A DNA stretch of 64,000 nt from a virus. The stretch lies in the IMG/VR virus record IMGVR_UViG_3300033148_005363, positions 22,605 to 86,604 of that record. One strand, given 5' to 3'. The notes under the pieces were generated by a model. The model had not been told where the DNA came from and made no database searches. It saw only the letters and a program-made list of their open reading frames with translations. A program made the translations under genes and the position numbers. Of the stretch, positions 29,126-38,602 are shown one piece after another. Every line of letters starts with the position of its first letter. Positions within the stretch are counted from its first letter, which is position 1.

Positions 29126-31306
29126 TCACCCCTCCGGCGTCCGGTTGGCCCGCCCACCGATTGAGAACCCTGTCAATTTACCGACCTGCACATCGGCCCA
29201 CATCTTGTCGTCGAGGATCTTCCAGCCCTGGAGCCAGTCACCCTTCTTGATCGCCTCGGCCTTGCCGTCCGCTGTCTCTGACCCCGGGATCTCAAAGTCT
29301 GCCAGCGCCTGGAAATTCTCGATCAGGACGACGCGGTTCCCCGCCGCCTCGCGGTGCAGGAACCCTTCCTTGTGGCCCTTCTCCATCCAAGAGAACATCG
29401 CCTCTCGGACCGCTGCCTCGTCGTAGATATCGCCCTGCTTGTCCTCGACATTCGCCCGCAGAACGAAGCCCAGGACATACCGCTCCTCTTTGGATGGATC
29501 GGCCTTGAGGAGGGTGACGTCCCACGCCTTGGTGGTATCGCCCGGTGCATCCTTCCCCGTCATGGCCGCGCCGCACTTGGGGCACTTCGTTTCGTTGCAT
29601 GGCGCGCCGCGATCATGGGGCGTTTCATGCCCGCACGCTGGGCATACACAGCGATCAGCGCCCCCGGTGCCTTCGGGAAGGCCGCCCTGACCCAGCCCCT
29701 TCTCCATCCGTCCCCGGAGGGCCTCGGGGAGCAGGAGATCCAGCGCGTCCTTCTCGTCGAAGGCGGGCTTGATCCCGAGCTTCAACTCTGCCTCGACAAT
29801 CCGGGTGTGTACGGTCTTGCGGTCGCCGTCGTTCGGGTACCCATCTGCGAACTGCTTGAACCGCACCCGCGCGTTGCGGGCTCGCTCCACCGTGTCGCAA
29901 GGGTACATAAGGTTCACGGGATCCCCGTAGTCCTCAAGGGTGGTCGACCACTTGGGCGGGAACGTCAGGCGTTCGCCCTGACCGTCGAGCGCGGTGATCC
30001 CCCACTTCTTCGACCGGAGGGCCTGGGACTCCCGCTTCTCTTCGGTGGTCATCCCCGCCGCGGGCTCAAGAGCCACGGCCTTCTCAATGTGCTCAGCCAG
30101 GGACTTCACCGCCGCGGCGTCCATGCCCAGCAGTTCAGCCAGACCGACAATGCCCTTCTGGACCCCGGCGAGCTCTTCGTCCGGCACCTGCCCCTTCAGG
30201 ACCTGATGCGCCGCCAACGCGGACTGCAAGATCACTTCCAGCGACACAGCGTCGTCGGACACCTCGGAGGGCTGGAGCCTGCCGATCCCCGTGTTCAGAT
30301 CCTTCAGGACACGGAGGAGGTCGCCGACCATCGGGACCCCGGAGGCCAGCACTTCGGCCTGCGCCTCGGTGATCTGGACCCGCTGATCCTTCCGCATCAT
30401 GGACACGGTCTTCGCATCGAAGTTGGTGATAACCAGCATGGTCCCGGTCTTCGAGTGAGCGCCAGTCTTCGCCCACGGGACCGGCACCTTGTGGGACTTC
30501 ACGTTCAGCCCCTTCCAGATCCCGGGATCTCCCTTCTCTCCACACGTCACCAGCACGCGGCTCTTCAAGCCCTTGACCACGTCGGCGTGCTTCGCCTCAT
30601 CCCATTTCTCCTCACCCACGAACTGCCGGAACCCGTGATAGGGAGGATCGTGGAACTGGAAGGTATCCGGCCCGTCGAACTCCTTGCAGACCTTCTCGAA
30701 ATCCTCGTTGCGAATCACCACGCCAGCCAGGCGCTCCCGGGCCACTGCCATCCGCTTCACGGACATCGGAACACTGGTACGCGCAGATCCGATCCGCTCC
30801 ATCGCAGGCGACGGGGTGCGACCGATCCCCATGAACGAGGCCAGTTTCAGAAGCAGGAACTTGTGGAACCGCGCTACGTCACCCTTCGGAGACGAGTCAC
30901 GCAGCTTCTGGAAATCCGCTACGGTGTCCAACCACCACTGCATCCCCTCAAGTTTCTTGATCTGCGCATCGGTGACCTTCTGGACGAACCCGAACGCGAA
31001 GGCGATCTCCGCGTCCAGGTCGTTCAGGACTTCCTTCTCCGCCGGTTCCTTGGCGAAGAACATCGCCCCGCTGCCAGCGAAGGGCTCGACGTAGGTCTTG
31101 TGCTCGGGGAACATCTTCAGCAGTGGCTTAGCGATCGCGCTCTTGCCCGCGGGGGACTGCCACATCACGGCCATTTTCTGGACGTGTTCCAGCCCGAACA
31201 TCTGAACCAGAGCGCGCTCGTCCTCAAGGAAATCCTTGCACAGGAATTCCACCAAGCCGCCGCTGCCAGTGTAGTCGAACTGTGGATCCATCGGAGGAGC
31301 CTCCAT
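29126..31306 (-). CDS. polyprotein: Dam/D12-class adenine MTase + DUF6582-like + Zn ribbon + XkdF-like prohead serine protease
   Basis: YVEPFAGSG and DPPY MTase motifs; GDPVNLMYPCDT.ERARNA; CVCPACG...CPKCG; ERYVLGFV...DKQGD...H...GKLTGFSIGG. Confidence 0.85.
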   Translation of the reverse strand: MEAPPMDPQFDYTGSGGLVEFLCKDFLEDERALVQMFGLEHVQKMAVMWQSPAGKSAIAKPLLKMFPEHKTYVEPFAGSGAMFFAKEPAEKEVLNDLDAEIAFAFGFVQKVTDAQIKKLEGMQWWLDTVADFQKLRDSSPKGDVARFHKFLLLKLASFMGIGRTPSPAMERIGSARTSVPMSVKRMAVARERLAGVVIRNEDFEKVCKEFDGPDTFQFHDPPYHGFRQFVGEEKWDEAKHADVVKGLKSRVLVTCGEKGDPGIWKGLNVKSHKVPVPWAKTGAHSKTGTMLVITNFDAKTVSMMRKDQRVQITEAQAEVLASGVPMVGDLLRVLKDLNTGIGRLQPSEVSDDAVSLEVILQSALAAHQVLKGQVPDEELAGVQKGIVGLAELLGMDAAAVKSLAEHIEKAVALEPAAGMTTEEKRESQALRSKKWGITALDGQGERLTFPPKWSTTLEDYGDPVNLMYPCDTVERARNARVRFKQFADGYPNDGDRKTVHTRIVEAELKLGIKPAFDEKDALDLLLPEALRGRMEKGLGQGGLPEGTGGADRCVCPACGHETPHDRGAPCNETKCPKCGAAMTGKDAPGDTTKAWDVTLLKADPSKEERYVLGFVLRANVEDKQGDIYDEAAVREAMFSWMEKGHKEGFLHREAAGNRVVLIENFQALADFEIPGSETADGKAEAIKKGDWLQGWKILDDKMWADVQVGKLTGFSIGGRANRTPEG

Positions 31307-31352
31307 GCGGGCTAGAGCAATCGATCAACCAAGGAAGCCAGGGAGGAGGCCG

Positions 31353-32063
31353 CTAGTCGTCGTCGCCAGCCTCGGCCATGTCGTAGTCCCACGCCTCGTC
31401 GCCGCCGCCGCCGAAACCCTTGGTGATGGCCTCGAGGTCCTCGCCCGCCTTCTTCAGGCCCGCGTCGTCCTTGCCCTTGTCGGTGCCGTTGAGCTGACCG
31501 AGCCGTTCCTGGAGCTTCGCCTTCTCGTCGTCGGTCAGGGTCTTGCCCTTGGCCTTGGCCTTCTCGAGGTCAGCCTGGAAGTCGGAGACGGCCTTCTCGA
31601 AGCCCTTCTTCTCGTCGCCGCCAGCGGCAGCGATCTTCGCGCCGCACTCAGGACAGGCACCGTTCTTGAGCATGTCGGTCGTGCCCTTCCAGCCGCAAGC
31701 CTTGCACGCCGCGTCTTCCTTGGCGAGCCCTGCCTGCATGGCCTTGAGGATCTTGGCCGCCTTCTCCAGGTTGTCGTTGCCCGCGCCGTCGCCGTCGGAC
31801 TTCGCCACCTTGAAGGTGATCGAGTCCGTCTCTGCCTTGCCGTCCTCGATGGCCTTCAGGATCGCCTCGATCTTCGGGGCCATCTCCTTGGCGACCGTCT
31901 GGACCTTCGCAGCGTCGCCACCCGTGGCTGCCACCGCGGTGGTGACCTCTTCGATGGCCTTGCCCAGGGTCGTCTTGGTCTCGTCGCCCGCACCGCCGCC
32001 GCTGGCCGCCATGCCGAGCAGTTTCTTGAGCAGGTCCGCGCTCGTCTTCAGTTCGTCGCTCAT
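31353..32063 (-). CDS. Lys/Ala-rich head-associated protein with Zn ribbon
   Basis: CKACG...CPECG; many xxKA motifs; acidic Trp-containing C-terminus like the scaffold's. Confidence 0.65.
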   Translation of the reverse strand: MSDELKTSADLLKKLLGMAASGGGAGDETKTTLGKAIEEVTTAVAATGGDAAKVQTVAKEMAPKIEAILKAIEDGKAETDSITFKVAKSDGDGAGNDNLEKAAKILKAMQAGLAKEDAACKACGWKGTTDMLKNGACPECGAKIAAAGGDEKKGFEKAVSDFQADLEKAKAKGKTLTDDEKAKLQERLGQLNGTDKGKDDAGLKKAGEDLEAITKGFGGGGDEAWDYDMAEAGDDD

Positions 32064-32085
32064 AGTTCCTCCACGGCTTCCAGCC

Positions 32086-32457
32086 TCACAAAGGTCTTCC
32101 GTCCGCGCCGACAACAACGTCGTGCCGCGGTCTCAAAACAACAGGAGCATACGCCTTACGACGCAGATCCGGTTCCCACTCGTTCCCATCGATCGACAGC
32201 AACAGCCAATGCAACAGGTGGTCAGCGATTCGGTACGGACTCATTTTGCAGTCGAACCGAGCCACCTTCACCATCTCCTTGACTACCCCGAACCGATGAT
32301 TCAACTCCGCCCTGGTCATCGCCGCAGCCATCGGACGCTCAGCAAAACTGGTGAGGATCGCCTCCTCCACTGCGCGGTCAAGATACCTCTTGGCCTTCGC
32401 AGATTCAGCGACCTCGTCGTTGCCTATGAGCGTCAGTGAGGGGACGGTTCGTTGCAT
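32086..32457 (-). CDS. hypothetical protein
   Basis: SD GAGG; downstream of the promoter at about 32.5 kb. Confidence 0.6.
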   Translation of the reverse strand: MQRTVPSLTLIGNDEVAESAKAKRYLDRAVEEAILTSFAERPMAAAMTRAELNHRFGVVKEMVKVARFDCKMSPYRIADHLLHWLLLSIDGNEWEPDLRRKAYAPVVLRPRHDVVVGADGRPL

Positions 32458-32473
32458 GCTTGACCTCGCTCCC

Positions 32474-32515
32474 TATTCTCAGGAACGAAACGCTACGTTG
32501 TCAAGACCCAATTTC
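32474..32515 (-). promoter_or_regulatory. promoter TTGACA-17-GAGAAT carrying a GAAATTGGGTCTTG motif shared with 20974-20987
   Basis: Read directly from the sequence; an identical 14-mer lies upstream of the sheath gene. Confidence 0.5.
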
Positions 32516-32540
32516 AGAAGTCGCGATACGATAAATATTA

Positions 32541-33932
32541 TCAGATCTCCGGCACCGTCGTCGTACGACAATATCCGTGGTACGGCGGGGGACCGATGCC
32601 CTGTCCCTGCAGCGCCTTGTCGGAGAGCAAAAACTTGAACGCCCCGTCCTTTCCCCTGGTGGCGATGGGTGTCACCTTCCCGCTGGGTGGCTTGAGGAAC
32701 ATCTCCCCGCCGCTCAGCCTGATCCACGGTGCCGCCTGCTTGATCTCCCGGGGGTCGGACATACCAGCCCGGTCCCCGAAAGCCTTCATCGCCGTCCCGA
32801 CCTCGAAGACCTTCCCGTGCAGCCCCACGCAGATAGGCGTCGTCGCCTCGTCCAGTACCGCCTCGATCCGGTACCGCTGGATCCCCGCCTCCGAGTACCC
32901 GGCGATCTGCGCGTAGCTTCTGGCGTCCTGTACCCAAGCCTGCGCGCAGAGTTCCGCGTAGGCCCGATTCCGCCCGAAGGTTTCGTCCGACAGCCACGTC
33001 CCCTCCAGTCGCCGCGCTATCTCCTTCGCGCCCAAACCGTCGGCAACCGCGGACTCCACCACCCGCATCCCATCGCGGGTCAACCGATCCCGCAGGTTCC
33101 CCCGCCTGTCGGTGAGGTAGTGCCCTGTCCGTCCCTTGATCCCGTCCACGATCCGCTGATCCATGTGGTTCAGCGAGGTCCGCAGCCGAATACTCAGCGC
33201 CGTCCCCACGCTCTTCGTGGTCCCGCTCACCACGGAGGTAGACGTAGTCGCCACCACGGCACCCACTGCCACCGCTGCCCGGCGATGCGTCGCCTGTACC
33301 CCCACCGCAGCCACAGCAGCGCTGATAACCTTCTCCCTGTCAGCAACGCTCAGCCCCGTCCAGTCGACGCCCTCAAGCCCCTTCAGCGACAGCCTAATCG
33401 CTGCCCGCTCCTCGCGCTCCGGCAGATCGCCGATGTCCTTCGTCAGTTGCCGCACGATCTTCGCGAAGTCTCCCGTCTTGTTGGGATCCAGCGCCTTCTT
33501 CGCCTTCTCCACCTCCACCGGGACACCGAAGGCCCCCAGTATCTCGTCAGCGGCCGCGATGCCCGCCTCAATGAGGTCCGCCTCCCAGCACGGGACCATT
33601 CGGCCCACCGTCTCGCCCACGGCCCCCAGCGAGCTGCTCGCCCGCACCCGCACCAAGTCAACAGGGTTCAGGGTCCTGCGCACGATGCGCTCCGCCGCCA
33701 CCTTCGCCCCGCTCTGCACCACGTGAACGACCGGCCCCTCAAGGGCGTGCTCCACCAACACGAACCGCCGTCCCTGGGTGACGACCCGCTCCCCGCCCAA
33801 GAGGAGGATGCCCTCCCCCGCGGTGGCGAGTTTCCGCACCCCAGCCGCTCCCCAGATCCAATGCCCTGCGCCCTTCGTGATCATGGTCGTTCGATCCCGC
33901 GGCCGGACCTCAATGCTGATACCGTCGATCAC
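32541..33932 (-). CDS. minor head protein (MuF / SPP1 gp7-like)
   Basis: AVLDEATTPICVGLHGKVF and PPYHGYCRTT motifs. Confidence 0.88.
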   Translation of the reverse strand: MIDGISIEVRPRDRTTMITKGAGHWIWGAAGVRKLATAGEGILLLGGERVVTQGRRFVLVEHALEGPVVHVVQSGAKVAAERIVRRTLNPVDLVRVRASSSLGAVGETVGRMVPCWEADLIEAGIAAADEILGAFGVPVEVEKAKKALDPNKTGDFAKIVRQLTKDIGDLPEREERAAIRLSLKGLEGVDWTGLSVADREKVISAAVAAVGVQATHRRAAVAVGAVVATTSTSVVSGTTKSVGTALSIRLRTSLNHMDQRIVDGIKGRTGHYLTDRRGNLRDRLTRDGMRVVESAVADGLGAKEIARRLEGTWLSDETFGRNRAYAELCAQAWVQDARSYAQIAGYSEAGIQRYRIEAVLDEATTPICVGLHGKVFEVGTAMKAFGDRAGMSDPREIKQAAPWIRLSGGEMFLKPPSGKVTPIATRGKDGAFKFLLSDKALQGQGIGPPPYHGYCRTTTVPEI

Positions 33933-35896
33933 CAGTCCCCTCCCCCGGCGACGGTCACGCCAACGTCTGCCCCGTCGTCGTCCTCCCAGTCAAGCCACAT
34001 CCCGTCCTCCTCCGAATACTCGGACATCATATCAGCGAGGAGGCCCTGGCTGTACACGTCGATCAGGCAAATCAGGCCCTCGACAAATGCGTCCATCACG
34101 TCGTCGGTCACGTACAGCGGGAACTCCGTGAGCTCTGAAACCAGGTCCCCACGCTCCTGTGTCGCCTGGTCCCGCTCCGGATCCAGGTGGTCGGCGAAGA
34201 TCACGTTCCCGGTCTCAATGTACGGCGACACCTCAAGCAACCGCGTCCCCTTGTCCGCGCTCGGCTTGAATCCGTACACGGGCAACATCGTCACCCGATC
34301 CAGTTCCTGAGCCAGGGCAGCCTGGTACCCGATGGTCTCGATGATAATCCGCCGCGCTCGCCACTTCAGCCAGTCAGCCACCACGCGCTTGAATTGCTGG
34401 AAGAAAGACAGTTTCGCGTGCCCAGCCGACAGCACGAACATCTTCTTCTCGCTGGGTGACCAGCCCTCCACGCACCACGCAAAGTAGTCGCTGCTCTTCT
34501 TCCCCGAAATCGCCAGGTCGTATGCAACGACCAAGTGCAGGTCATCGGGGAACTGCCTGAGCGGTCGGTACTTGATCCAGTGAGGCTGAATGACGATCAC
34601 GTCCCCGCTCAGCGCGATGTTCCTGAACCCGCGGTCGAACTCCACCTTCCCGATCTTCTTCCGCTGCCGGGACAGCGCAGCCCGCGGCCACATCGCCTCC
34701 CAGATCGGATCGAGGTTCTCGTTGATCGCGTACTCGCGAATAGCGTAGATCCTGTCCTTGTTCCGCAGGAGATCGTGGGTCAGGTCGTCTTTGTGCCACT
34801 TCGTCGCGATGTACCACGTCCGCCCCCCGGGGAGGAGGAGGTTAGAGAAATCGCCCTTGAACGACATCTTCACGTTCTCGCGCTGCTTCGGTTGCAGGAT
34901 CGCGTTCCGCCGGTCCACCACGTCGTCGCAGATGTTCAGGTCAGACCGTCCGCCCGTCGCAGTCGACAGGATCCCCAGCGCGTGCACCGACGCATCGCGG
35001 GCCACGATGGTACGGCGCACGTACATCTTGTGCTTCGACCACTCGCCCTTTCCCGCCGGCAGCAAGTTCGGGAACACGAACTTCAGCCGCGGGTTTTCCT
35101 CAATATGCCTCTGGACCTCGTACAGACGCTCTTTCGCCTTGTCATCCGATTGGCAGACGATCTTGATACGCAGGTTCTGATTGTTGCCCAACTCCCAGAG
35201 CACCCGGCCCACGAGGATCGTCGTGTTGTGGGTGACGATCCCGCCGGTCACATGCGAGTGCAACCCCGGGACCTCGATCCCGAACGTCTGCCGCAGACCA
35301 ACAGGCGTCACGGACACCAGTTCATCCCACCCATGCCGCCCGTCGTCTTCCAGGACGCACACCGGATTCCCGGGGCAAAGTCTTCCAGCGTACACCCATT
35401 CGGCCCGCGTCCACACAGGGTGGTCCGTCGTCACCGTCAGCCGCCGGCCAGCGCCGGTCTCCAGTTCCACGCACTCCTGCACTCCCGAGTCGAATACAGC
35501 GGAGCACGCCGCCGGCTTGAACTTCAACCCCCCATCGTCCCAGGCCAGCACCTCGTCCGGCTCCGTGATCTCCTCCACTGGCAAGCGGCGACCATCCGCC
35601 ATCTGCACAGGCGTCCCGGCGACCATGCATTTTCCATGACCCCTTGGCGCTATGATTATGCAGTCCAGATGCTCACTCAGCAGGTCCAACCACTCCCGGT
35701 GGAACCACGCCAGCTTCAGCGGTTCACCGGTCTCGGTCTCGATCACGTATTCGATGAAAAGTTGAGGGTCCCGCCGCAATCGCCGCCTGAACAACTCGCG
35801 CCTGGCCAGGAACCGAAGGAACGCCAGCCGCACCATCTTCTGCCGGGGCGTCAGTGGCTCGTAGCGGGCCTCCGCAGTGGGGTCCGGGGTAGGCAC
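33929..35896 (-). CDS. terL: terminase large subunit containing a mini-intein
   Basis: APRGHGK|T Walker A, TGGRSDLNICDD Walker B, YDLA and DDVMDA nuclease motifs. Confidence 0.92.
   Translation of the reverse strand: MPTPDPTAEARYEPLTPRQKMVRLAFLRFLARRELFRRRLRRDPQLFIEYVIETETGEPLKLAWFHREWLDLLSEHLDCIIIAPRGHGKCMVAGTPVQMADGRRLPVEEITEPDEVLAWDDGGLKFKPAACSAVFDSGVQECVELETGAGRRLTVTTDHPVWTRAEWVYAGRLCPGNPVCVLEDDGRHGWDELVSVTPVGLRQTFGIEVPGLHSHVTGGIVTHNTTILVGRVLWELGNNQNLRIKIVCQSDDKAKERLYEVQRHIEENPRLKFVFPNLLPAGKGEWSKHKMYVRRTIVARDASVHALGILSTATGGRSDLNICDDVVDRRNAILQPKQRENVKMSFKGDFSNLLLPGGRTWYIATKWHKDDLTHDLLRNKDRIYAIREYAINENLDPIWEAMWPRAALSRQRKKIGKVEFDRGFRNIALSGDVIVIQPHWIKYRPLRQFPDDLHLVVAYDLAISGKKSSDYFAWCVEGWSPSEKKMFVLSAGHAKLSFFQQFKRVVADWLKWRARRIIIETIGYQAALAQELDRVTMLPVYGFKPSADKGTRLLEVSPYIETGNVIFADHLDPERDQATQERGDLVSELTEFPLYVTDDVMDAFVEGLICLIDVYSQGLLADMMSEYSEEDGMWLDWEDDDGADVGVTVAGGGDW
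35225..35629 (-). mobile_element. mini-intein (135 aa, no homing endonuclease) in the TerL Walker A motif
   Basis: Begins CMVAGTPVQMADG, has TTDHPVWT (block B), ends GIVTHN followed by +1 Thr. Confidence 0.92.
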
Positions 35897-35897
35897 A

Positions 35898-37835
35898 TCA
35901 GTCCTCGGCCCCGTCGTCGTCGTCGGGTGTGGCCACCATGCGCACCATCTCAGCCCACGGGATCTCTAGCCGAACGACATCCTCACCGCCCGCCGCGTTC
36001 CGAAGGGCCTCAGCGCCGTCCAGCCCGTCTGCCAGCGCATTCCGCAGTGCCACCACGCGGTTCACCGCCTCGTTCAGCCGCCCTGGATCGACTCCCCGCG
36101 TCGCCTGGGTGCCCTGGACGCCCGCGCCCTCAGCGGCCCCGTCGCCGTCCGGCGCAATGCCTGCCAACGTGAAGAGCATGGGCTGCTTCGTCCACGCCTT
36201 GTGGATCTCCGGCAACTCAGCATTCAGGATGTCCGCCGCCTGCTCCCGCACCTCCCCAGGTACCAGGCCACCGGCCTTCGCCAGGATGTCAACGATCTTC
36301 GCCTGGGTCTCGGGGTCCCTGGTAATGGGTGACCTGCTCCGCGTCCGAACCAGCCGGTACCCGCGGTCACGGCAGAAGGTATCGAACTCATCGTCCCACG
36401 CCTCACGCAGCGGGCCAGCCACCATGTTCTCAAACATCGTCAAGGCGGACATCGCGGTCGCGCGATTGTAGTCCCCGCCCGCTGCCCGCAGGATGCGCGG
36501 CACCCGCATGGTCTCCGCCGCCTTGTCCCGGTTCTCCTGATCGTACTTGATGAACGCCGCCTCGTCCGGCTGGAACAACCGCTCCAGTACGATCTCCACC
36601 TTCCCCGTGCTCCCGGCGTTCACACCCCCCTTGCTCTTGGGCGGCAGGGCCTCGATGACCAGCATCTTATGCCGGCCCTTCCGGCCCTTGAGCCCCTTGA
36701 AGTGCTCGGCGATGACATCCGCCGCCCCGCTCTTCAGTTTCCCGCCGTTCACCAGCACCACATACGGCGGGATCCCCGACTCCGAGAAGTGCAGGAGGTT
36801 CGTGTCCTCCATCGCCGTGCTACCCATCACGGACCGCAGCCCGCCGAACCAGAGCGGGAACCCCCACACGCTCCGCGAATCCGGGATCACAAAGTGGTAG
36901 ATCTCCGTTGCCTCATGATCCGTCTCCTCGTCCCTGCCCAACTCCCGAAGGTGCGACTCCCACGCCTCCCTGTCCTCGAAGTACTTCCCCGTCGCCCTCG
37001 ACATGATCCGCGGGTCACCGTACTCCCTGAACCAGATCTCCCGACCGCTCTCCAGCACCTGCGCCCACCGACGGAACCGACGCCACACCCCACGCGTCTC
37101 GATCCGCAGGCCCACCCGGATCTTCTCCTGGACCTCCACCGCCTGCTCATCCTGCTTCGTGGGCCGCAAACGCAGCATCGATACCCACTGGAACCGCGCC
37201 GGCCCCCCCGCACCTTCCTCATCACCAGCGTCGCGCATGACCTCCACAGCCGCATTGCCCAGACCCACCCACTCGTCACGGATCCGGCTCCGCAGGTAAA
37301 CGAGGGACCGCCCCTTGTCCACGCAGTTCCGCATCCACACCCGGCAGCTCGCTGTCTCAAACCGCAGGCGCGCCATGTAAGCGGTCTTCGCCGTCTCCAG
37401 GTCATCGCCCTCCGGGTACACCGGCGCATCCTTGAGCTCGCCCTGCTCGTACAGCCACACCCGATCCTCGAAAACGAGATCCGCCAGCTTCTCCTCGAAA
37501 TCCTCGGCATCCGGCGACAGGACCGGCACCACCGCCGCACCGAACGCGTCCACCGTTGAGAAGTAGGCGGCCATGCACTGACGAAGCACATTCGAATTCA
37601 CGTACACGACCCACAGGCCGTCCATGGGCATCGGAGGCGCGACGAACCCACGCTCCGCCCACGTATCCTCCCCCAGGGCCTCGGCGCCCCACATCTGCGT
37701 GTCCTCCACGCCCACGCTCAGCGCCTTCATCACCTGCAACGGGGTGCCGCCATCCAGCCAGCTATCGCCGGTCTCAACGGTCTCAACGTCGCTCCCGCCC
37801 CGCATCGACTCCGCCTTCGACTTCCGCTCACTCAT
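35898..37835 (-). CDS. portal protein (PBSX/XkdE-like)
   Basis: GNAAVEVMRD, ATEIYHF..WGFPLW, DYNRATA motifs. Confidence 0.88.
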   Translation of the reverse strand: MSERKSKAESMRGGSDVETVETGDSWLDGGTPLQVMKALSVGVEDTQMWGAEALGEDTWAERGFVAPPMPMDGLWVVYVNSNVLRQCMAAYFSTVDAFGAAVVPVLSPDAEDFEEKLADLVFEDRVWLYEQGELKDAPVYPEGDDLETAKTAYMARLRFETASCRVWMRNCVDKGRSLVYLRSRIRDEWVGLGNAAVEVMRDAGDEEGAGGPARFQWVSMLRLRPTKQDEQAVEVQEKIRVGLRIETRGVWRRFRRWAQVLESGREIWFREYGDPRIMSRATGKYFEDREAWESHLRELGRDEETDHEATEIYHFVIPDSRSVWGFPLWFGGLRSVMGSTAMEDTNLLHFSESGIPPYVVLVNGGKLKSGAADVIAEHFKGLKGRKGRHKMLVIEALPPKSKGGVNAGSTGKVEIVLERLFQPDEAAFIKYDQENRDKAAETMRVPRILRAAGGDYNRATAMSALTMFENMVAGPLREAWDDEFDTFCRDRGYRLVRTRSRSPITRDPETQAKIVDILAKAGGLVPGEVREQAADILNAELPEIHKAWTKQPMLFTLAGIAPDGDGAAEGAGVQGTQATRGVDPGRLNEAVNRVVALRNALADGLDGAEALRNAAGGEDVVRLEIPWAEMVRMVATPDDDDGAED

Positions 37836-37976
37836 CGCAACCCCCGCGCTCAGCGTCCGCGCACCGTCCCGACAATACCAGGGCGCACCACCCCAACACC
37901 GCCAGCACGCCGCCGCCCACCAAGACCATCGCTACTTCGATTGGAATGCTCACCGCTCAACCTCGAGACCGACCAA

Positions 37977-38309
37977 CTACCGTGCCACCATCCACCCGTA
38001 CAGCGTCACCGTACACGGGTTCGTCACCGGATCAGCCGGCACGCCGCCCGCATTCGTCACCACCCGGACGTGCGTACACACCAAAGGCCACCCGTTGCCG
38101 TCCGCCAGCAACGTCTCCCCCGCAGCAGTCACACCCGCAGCGAAGTCCACCCACGTCACGCCCTCGTCATAAGACACCTGCAAATCGATGTCCCAGTCCG
38201 CACCCGTCGGACGGGTCACCAACTGCTTCTCGCGCAGATGCTTCACGCTCTTGCTCGCACCCTCGGTACCAGCCACCACCGGAACGTCCAACACGTGGTC
38301 CCTCAACAT
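37977..38309 (-). CDS. hypothetical beta-rich protein
   Basis: SD GGAGG; LQVSYDEGVTW motif. Confidence 0.6.
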   Translation of the reverse strand: MLRDHVLDVPVVAGTEGASKSVKHLREKQLVTRPTGADWDIDLQVSYDEGVTWVDFAAGVTAAGETLLADGNGWPLVCTHVRVVTNAGGVPADPVTNPCTVTLYGWMVAR

Positions 38310-38436
38310 TGCACACCTCCATCATTCATTCACTACCGCGCACTACACTACCACCGCCAGGGAGGCACGCGCAAGAGACGAGCGTGGAGAGGACGCGGAG
38401 GGACTGCGACGACGGACGATCATGCACGGGGAAAAG

Positions 38437-38510
38437 TCGGGGTGGCCGGATTCGAACCGACGACGTCCTGGCCCCGAACCAGGCGCGCTACCAGACTGCG
38501 CTACACCCCG
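38437..38510 (-). tRNA. tRNA-Pro(CGG)
   Basis: CGGGGTGTAGCGCAGTCTGGTAGCGCG-CCTGG-TTCGGGG-CCAGG...GGTTCGAATCC..CACCCCGA cloverleaf; no encoded CCA. Confidence 0.95.
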
Positions 38511-38514
38511 AAAG

Positions 38515-38586
38515 CAAGCCGACCGGGAATCGAACCCAGGATCTGCGGTTTTGGAGACCGCTGTTCTACCACTGAACTATCGGCCC
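38515..38586 (-). tRNA. tRNA-Trp(CCA)
   Basis: GGGCCGATAGTTCAGTGGTAGAAC-GCGGT-CTCCAAA-ACCGC...GGTTCGATTCCC cloverleaf. Confidence 0.95.
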
Positions 38587-38602
38587 AGACAAACACACCC
38601 AG

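Noticed and set aside
333-37559. Long plus-strand ORFs (e.g. 19359-20939, 25471-27243, 29354-31315, 32577-34310)
   Set aside because: They are antisense shadows of well-supported minus-strand genes, expected in high-GC DNA. They have no recognisable motifs.
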